The notes under the pieces are model-generated. The model worked only from the letters and a program-made list of their open reading frames with translations, had not been told where the DNA came from and searched no databases. A program made the position numbers and the translations under genes. From contig JBBDNI010000012.1 in the NCBI GenBank assembly GCA_040877645.1, positions 1 through 33,293 on the forward strand: 33,293 nucleotides of DNA, given 5' to 3'. Below, piece by piece: positions 28,153-33,293 of the stretch; position 1 is the stretch's first letter; every line of letters starts with the position of its first letter. The DNA comes from Chloroflexota bacterium. Its GTDB lineage: Bacteria > Chloroflexota > Limnocylindria > QHBO01.

Positions 28153-28515
28153 GTGGCAACACATGACGACGTGCGCCGCCTGGCCACGGCGCTACCCGAG
28201 GCGATCGAGGAGCCCGGCTTCAGCTTCTCGGTATGTGGCAAGGCGTTCGCCTGGGTCTGGAGGGAACGGGTCGAGCCCAAGCGCGCGCGCGTGCTGAATC
28301 CAGACGTCATCGCCGTCCGGGTCGCCAACGAGCTCGAGAAACAGGCGCTGCTGGGCCTGGATCCGGACATCTTCTTCACGGAGCCGCACTACAACGGCTA
28401 CCCCGCGGTCCTGGTGCGCGTTGGGGCGATTGACCCAGACCTACTCGAGAAGGTCCTCTCCGATGCCTGGCGCACCCGCGCCCCCAAGCGGCTGGTACCG
28501 ACTCTCGACCGGTAG
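28153..28515 (+). CDS. MmcQ/YjbR family DNA-binding protein
   Basis: VRRLATALPE, F.V.GKAF, FFTEPHYNGYPAVLVR, DAWRTRAPKRL. Confidence 0.88.
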   Translation: MATHDDVRRLATALPEAIEEPGFSFSVCGKAFAWVWRERVEPKRARVLNPDVIAVRVANELEKQALLGLDPDIFFTEPHYNGYPAVLVRVGAIDPDLLEKVLSDAWRTRAPKRLVPTLDR

Positions 28516-28695
28516 ATCAGCGGCGCTCTAGGGGCCGGCTCACGTCGACCGATGCATGCGGCGAATGGAATCGCGCGGATCAGCGTCTTCCGGCGGGCGT
28601 GTATGCGTCCGATGAATCAAGCTCAACCAGAAGGTGTCATCTGGCGCGATTGCATGCGTTGAGCGCATGAACCCGCCGGTAGGCGCGCGACCCTG

Positions 28696-29376
28696 CTACT
28701 TCTTGGGCTTGGCCTCGCCCTTGGAATCGGCGGCGGCGGCCTCCTTGGCGGTCGGCACCGTCCCGCCCGAGGCCTGGGTCATGCTGATCAGCGACTCGGT
28801 GGAGCCGACGAAGACCTCGTCGATGAGGCCATACGCCTTTGCCTCGTCGGCGCCCATGTAGAAGTCGCGGTCCGAATCCGCCTTCACCTTGTCCGACGGC
28901 TGCCCCGTATGCGCGGAAAGGATTCCAGTGAGACGCTCGGTGAGGTGCATCACCTCGCGCATCTGGATCTCGACATCGGGCGTGTTGCCGCGGAAGCCGG
29001 CCGAGCCCTGGTGGATCATGATCCGGCTGTTCGGGAGGGCGAAGCGCTTGCCTTTGGCCCCGGCCGCGAGCAGGACCGACGCCATGCTGGCTGCCTGGCC
29101 GATGCAGATGGTGCTGACGGGGGCCTTGAGGTACTGCATCGTGTCGTAGATCGCCAACCCGCTCGTCACCACCCCGCCCGGCGAGTTGATGTAGAGGCTG
29201 ATGTCCTTGGTCGGGTCCTCGCTCTCCAGGAAGAGGAGCTGCGCGATGACCAGGTTGGCGATATGGTCCTCGATCGGCTCGCCCAGGAAGATGATCCGCT
29301 CCTTGAGGAGCCGCGAGTAGATGTCGAAGGCCCGCTCGCCGCGAGCGCTCGACTCGATGACCATCGGGACCAGCAT
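28696..29376 (-). CDS. clpP: ATP-dependent Clp protease proteolytic subunit
   Basis: [23 protein letters not shown] (Ser), MIHQ (His), DRD. Confidence 0.97.
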   Translation of the reverse strand: MLVPMVIESSARGERAFDIYSRLLKERIIFLGEPIEDHIANLVIAQLLFLESEDPTKDISLYINSPGGVVTSGLAIYDTMQYLKAPVSTICIGQAASMASVLLAAGAKGKRFALPNSRIMIHQGSAGFRGNTPDVEIQMREVMHLTERLTGILSAHTGQPSDKVKADSDRDFYMGADEAKAYGLIDEVFVGSTESLISMTQASGGTVPTAKEAAAADSKGEAKPKK

Positions 29377-29380
29377 GCGT

Positions 29381-30709
29381 CTACTCCGTGGTGGGCTCTT
29401 GGGTGGGAGGCGCCTCGCTCGGCAGGGCGCGGTCGATGAGCGTGTCGACCAGTGTACGGTTGCGGAGGGTCATGCGCAGGTACGAGCGACCGCGGCGGGA
29501 GGTGAGGTACTCGCGCAGGCGAGGCTCGTCGGGGTAGCGGGCCAGCTGGTCGGCGATCTCGGCCTCGATCTGCTCCGCGGTGGCGTCGATCCCCTCGTTC
29601 TCGGCGATCGCGCTGAGCACCAGGAGTGACTTCACGCGGCGACTGGCGGGCTCGCGCAGCTCGGTTGCGAGCTCCTCGGGGGACTGTCGGGCGAGGTCGA
29701 GGTACTGGTCCATCCCGATCTGCTGCTGCGCCAGCCGGTTGCGCAGCTCGTCTCGCATGATGTCGATTTCGTTGGCGATCATCACCTCGGGCAGCTCGAT
29801 GGTGGCGTTGGCGGTGGCGAAGTCGATGATCCGATCGGCGAAGTGGTGGCGTGCCTCGTCCGCGCCACGCCGGGCGAGCGCGTCGCGGATCTCCGTGCGC
29901 AGCGCATCGACGGTCGTCAGCTCCCCGACGCTAGCGGCAAACGCGTCGTCAAGCTCGGGCAGGATCCGCTCCCGCAGGTCGAGCAGCGTCACCTCGAAGT
30001 GTGCCCGCTTGCCGCGCAGCGCCTCGACCCGGTAGTCATCGGGGAAGGTAATGTCGAAGCCCTTGGTCTGCCCGATCGTCATGCCGACCAGCTGCGCCTC
30101 CCAGCCGGGGATCATGCGGTCCTCGCCGATGATCAGCGGCAGGCGGTCCGCAGACCCGCCCTCGAACGGGTCGCCGTCGATGGTGCCGATGAACTTGACC
30201 GCGGCGACGTCCCCCTCGGCAGCGCCGCGCTCGTCCACCGGCCGCAGGGTGGCCTGCTGCTGACGCAGGTCGGTGATCACGGCCTCGACCTGCTCATCGG
30301 TCACATCGACCGGCTCGAGCCCGAAGGGATAGCCGGTATACGAGCCGAGTGACACCTCTGGCCTGACGGCCACGGTGGCGGTGAAGCGGACCGCGGCACC
30401 CTCGGCCACGGCCTCGGAATCGAGGTCGACCTCGGGCTGGTCGAGCGGGATGATCGACGCCTGGTCCAGCGCCGCGTCGTAGCTCTCGTTGACCAGGTGG
30501 TCGATCGCCTCGGCCAGGATCGTCCCGCGCCCCACGAACCGATCGATCACGTGGCGCGGCGCCTTCCCGGGGCGGAAGCCGGGGACCTTGGTCCGCTCGG
30601 CGACGTGCCGGTAGGCGGTCGCGAAATGGCGATCGACTTCGGCCGGCGAGACCTCGATCTCGAGGACCATCTTCGAGCCGGGCTCGGGACGAGACGAGAC
30701 GGTGACCAC
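29381..30709 (-). CDS. tig: Trigger factor
   Basis: Ribosome-binding motif [13 protein letters not shown] domain (FEGG, MIPGWE, FPDDY), located upstream of clpP. Confidence 0.95.
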   Translation of the reverse strand: MVTVSSRPEPGSKMVLEIEVSPAEVDRHFATAYRHVAERTKVPGFRPGKAPRHVIDRFVGRGTILAEAIDHLVNESYDAALDQASIIPLDQPEVDLDSEAVAEGAAVRFTATVAVRPEVSLGSYTGYPFGLEPVDVTDEQVEAVITDLRQQQATLRPVDERGAAEGDVAAVKFIGTIDGDPFEGGSADRLPLIIGEDRMIPGWEAQLVGMTIGQTKGFDITFPDDYRVEALRGKRAHFEVTLLDLRERILPELDDAFAASVGELTTVDALRTEIRDALARRGADEARHHFADRIIDFATANATIELPEVMIANEIDIMRDELRNRLAQQQIGMDQYLDLARQSPEELATELREPASRRVKSLLVLSAIAENEGIDATAEQIEAEIADQLARYPDEPRLREYLTSRRGRSYLRMTLRNRTLVDTLIDRALPSEAPPTQEPTTE

Positions 30710-30728
30710 GGCTGCTCCTGTTGTGGCG

Positions 30729-30812
30729 TGGTGGGCGAGGCGAGATTCGAACTCGCACGTCTTGCGACACCGGCTCCTAAAGCCGGCGCGTCTGCCGTTC
30801 CGCCACTCGCCC
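30729..30812 (-). tRNA. tRNA-Leu(TAG)
   Basis: Acceptor stem GGGCGAG/CTCGCCC-ACCA, anticodon arm CCGGC-TTTAGGA-GCCGG, long variable arm, GTTCGAATC. Confidence 0.97.
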
Positions 30813-30912
30813 CGGTCGTCGTGGTCGGCGGATGCCTGCCCGGGAGTCTACCGCGGGACGCTGGCGAGCGCGCCCCCGCCCGGTTGCGGCGGGCGGGCGC
30901 TATGGTGGGGTC

Positions 30913-31461
30913 ATGAATCACAGGACCCTGATCACTCTCGCGGCCATGGCCGTGCTCGTCATCGGCTGCAGTTCGGAATCGTCGCCCACCCCCGAGGAGA
31001 GCGTTGCCGCCAGCCTTGCCGCCAGCGCCTCCGCGTCCCCGAGCGAGGAGCCGACGGCGACCGCCTCGCCGACGGCGTCTCCGGTGCCCACCGCCGTCCC
31101 GGCGCAGGAGCTGACAGTCGACCTGTCAATGACGTCCGCCCGCGGCACGATTGAGGGTCCTGGCCGTTGCGACATCGGGCTGAAGGAGAGTTCGCTCTAC
31201 CTGGAGCATCGCGAGGGCGGCACGCTGGACGTCTACATTACGCTCGGCCCGGCGGCCGGTGGAATCAGCGGCCCCGGCCTGACACCCGGCGGCGGGACGT
31301 ACGGCCCGGAGGCGGTTCGGATTCGGGTCGTTGACCCGGCGATCGGCTCGTTCGTTGACGCTATCGACCCGGAGATGACGGTGGCTGCCGGCCTGAAGTC
31401 CGGCACCTTCGCGGGCACCTGGAAGGACGAGCCGCTGACGGGCGAGTTCAGCTGCAGCTAG
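30913..31461 (+). CDS. Putative lipoprotein
   Basis: MNHRTLITLAAMAVLVIG-C lipobox followed by a Ser/Pro/Thr/Ala-rich tether. Confidence 0.8.
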   Translation: MNHRTLITLAAMAVLVIGCSSESSPTPEESVAASLAASASASPSEEPTATASPTASPVPTAVPAQELTVDLSMTSARGTIEGPGRCDIGLKESSLYLEHREGGTLDVYITLGPAAGGISGPGLTPGGGTYGPEAVRIRVVDPAIGSFVDAIDPEMTVAAGLKSGTFAGTWKDEPLTGEFSCS

Positions 31462-31462
31462 G

Positions 31463-32092
31463 TCAGCTCGAGCCTGATTCGTTTCGCCCCGACCAGCCGG
31501 CATAGCCCTCGGTAGGGCTGGGCCCCGCGGCGTCGGGCCGTGACCGGGGCGCAGGCGTGGCAGCGGCTGCACCCTTGGGTCGCTCAGCGGTCAGGAACCG
31601 CTCGATCGCCTTGCGCGCCAGCGCAGCCGCAACCAGGGTGAGCGCCGTCTCGGCGGCGGTCCAGGCGGTGCGGGTCGGGCCTGGCGGTCCCTGGACCATC
31701 TGGCGCGCCAGCTCGCGACGCGCCTTGCGGTCCTTGACCGGATCGCGCCGCCAGCGTCGCAGCTCCTCGACGAGACCCTCTCGGACGGAGGCTGCCGACG
31801 GGCCTGCCTCACCGGCCAGGGTATCGACCCAGGCGCGCATCGAGCTGGGGAGCGCGTCGTAGGCCTTCTCCGCCTGGTGCGGGGCCATCCGGCGTCGGAG
31901 CACCCGAGCGATGCGACGAGGACCGCCGGCGATGAGGAAGGCCGCGACCGCACCGATGCCGATCACCTGCGCCGGGTTCTCGCGCAGGCGGCGGGGCAGG
32001 TCGAGCGACTCGCGCAGGCCGGTGGCCGTTGCCTCCAGCTCCGCGCGCTGGGCGGCGATCTCTACCCGCGTCTGATCAATCGTTTCGCCCAC
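31463..32092 (-). CDS. DUF3618-like protein
   Basis: N-terminal TRVEIAAQRAELEAT...L, one TM segment, SD GAGGAGG. Follows the holin-like gene, a common pairing. Confidence 0.65.
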   Translation of the reverse strand: MGETIDQTRVEIAAQRAELEATATGLRESLDLPRRLRENPAQVIGIGAVAAFLIAGGPRRIARVLRRRMAPHQAEKAYDALPSSMRAWVDTLAGEAGPSAASVREGLVEELRRWRRDPVKDRKARRELARQMVQGPPGPTRTAWTAAETALTLVAAALARKAIERFLTAERPKGAAAATPAPRSRPDAAGPSPTEGYAGWSGRNESGSS

Positions 32093-32469
32093 GCGACCTC
32101 CTCACGGACCGATGCGATGGTCTCCTCCGGCGCCCTTATCCGGATCCGGCGGATCCCGCGCCAGACCAGGAAGGCGGCCGTCCCCAGCAGCGCGAACGTA
32201 ACGATCAGGGCAACGACCCAGCCGGGCCACCCGAGTAGTGCGGCGATGCCCAGGATCAGGAAGACCGTCAGGGACATCAGCGCAGCGAAGACCAGCGCGA
32301 CGGCGATGGCGATCATCACGATCCCCCAGACGGCCTCGCCCACAATGGCGCCGATCTCCTGCCTGCCGTGCTGGATCTCGAGCTTGGCCAGCGCGACCAT
32401 CCCTGAGATCAACCGCTTGGCGAGCGCGAACGCGCTCAGGCGGGATGGAGCATCCTCTGGGTCTGGCAT
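32062..32469 (-). CDS. Phage_holin_3_6 (Holin-X) family membrane protein
   Basis: L.K.EI...R.E, two TM helices, PEETIASVREEV.W. Confidence 0.8.
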   Translation of the reverse strand: MPDPEDAPSRLSAFALAKRLISGMVALAKLEIQHGRQEIGAIVGEAVWGIVMIAIAVALVFAALMSLTVFLILGIAALLGWPGWVVALIVTFALLGTAAFLVWRGIRRIRIRAPEETIASVREEVAWAKRLIRRG

Positions 32470-32549
32470 GGCGCGCCGATTCTAACAAGGGCGCGCCGCA
32501 GGACCGCCCCCACCCGCCTGGCTGCTTCCTCGACTATCCTGTCGCGTCA

Positions 32550-33197
32550 ATGGCAAAGCGACGGACTAGCGGCATTCAACGGCGATCACGCGCCTCGGAG
32601 GAGGCACTGGGTCGACGCCTCGGCACGGGCGGTGGCCGCAGCCTCGACTGGCGGGTCCTGCTGATCGGCGCGATCCTCGTCCTCGGAGCCGTGATCCTTC
32701 TGCTCGTGCTCCTGTTCGGTGGCGGAGGACAAAGCGACCGGGTCGGGACGCCCCAGATTGACAACGGGGGGGCCCACATCGCGGAGGGAACCGCTGGCGG
32801 TCCGTACTCATCGGTCCCGGCGACATCGGGCCAGCACTGGAACTCGGCGACTGCTCCCGGCCCGTGGGGCGTCTACTCCACCGCGCAGCCGCAGGAGCGA
32901 CTGCTCCACAACATGGAGCACGGTGGGATCGTGATCTGGTACCAGCCCGGCGGGCTCGACGCCGATGGCCTCACCGCCCTGACCTCCTACGTGCAGGCCC
33001 AGGTCAGCACCGAGCGCTTCAAGGTGATCCTTGCGCCGTGGGCCGGCGCGGACTTCAACCACCCCATCGCGGTCACCTCCTGGGGCTGGCTCCTGTACCT
33101 CGACTCGGCTGATATGGACCAGGTGCGCGCCTACATCGATGACCATTACCTCGAGGCGCCGGAGCCGAACGGAGGGCCCGGCCGTCCCGCGGTGTGA
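32550..33197 (+). CDS. DUF3105 domain protein
   Basis: N-terminal TM, YSSVPATSGQHW, LHNMEHGGIVIWY, PIAVTSW, APEP. Confidence 0.9.
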   Translation: MAKRRTSGIQRRSRASEEALGRRLGTGGGRSLDWRVLLIGAILVLGAVILLLVLLFGGGGQSDRVGTPQIDNGGAHIAEGTAGGPYSSVPATSGQHWNSATAPGPWGVYSTAQPQERLLHNMEHGGIVIWYQPGGLDADGLTALTSYVQAQVSTERFKVILAPWAGADFNHPIAVTSWGWLLYLDSADMDQVRAYIDDHYLEAPEPNGGPGRPAV

Positions 33198-33203
33198 CGC
33201 GGG

Positions 33204-33232
33204 TTGACCCCTCCGTCACCCTCCGCCATGAT
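33204..33232 (+). promoter_or_regulatory. Sigma70-type promoter of tRNA-Lys
   Basis: TTGACC 33204-33209, 17-bp spacer, CATGAT 33227-33232. Confidence 0.65.
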
Positions 33233-33240
33233 TCGCGGGC

Positions 33241-33293
33241 GGGCGGCTAGCTCAACGGCAGAGCAAGTGACTCTTAATCACTAGGTTCAGGGT
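33241..33293 (+). tRNA. tRNA-Lys(CTT), 3' truncated by the window edge
   Basis: GGGCGGC-TA-GCTC...GAGC D arm and anticodon arm AGTGA-CTCTTAA-TCACT. Confidence 0.93.

Noticed and set aside
32062-32469. Holin-family gene near tRNAs as a sign of a prophage
   Set aside because: This family is commonly chromosomal and paired with DUF3618-like genes. No integrase, endolysin or virion genes are present.

Overview
High-GC bacterial chromosomal window of mostly core genes. Gene content (T-box-controlled valS, FHA-rodA-pbpA cluster, DUF4446, DUF3105, CpaE-like ATPase) suggests Chloroflexota, but this is inference. Recognisable genes: rarA, a class V aminotransferase, a MoxR-DUF58-transglutaminase operon, fhaA-fhaB-rodA-pbpA, valS, clpX, ogt, clpP, tig, tRNA-Leu(TAG) and a truncated tRNA-Lys(CTT). 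The most striking unexplained element is a ~500-540 nt non-coding region (about 3577-4119) with its own sigma70-type promoter, many nested helices, GNRA/UUCG tetraloops and a 15-bp terminal hairpin. I cannot match it to RNase P, tmRNA, SRP or 6S. It lies next to an Arg-rich membrane-anchored small protein and near a stand-alone SelB-like winged-helix protein. Also notable: two copies of a ~182-bp repeat element with internal 50-51 bp periodicity, a G17 tract that frameshifts a zinc-ribbon gene, and a recurrent leaderless promoter layout. All family calls are from motif recognition by eye, not database searches.
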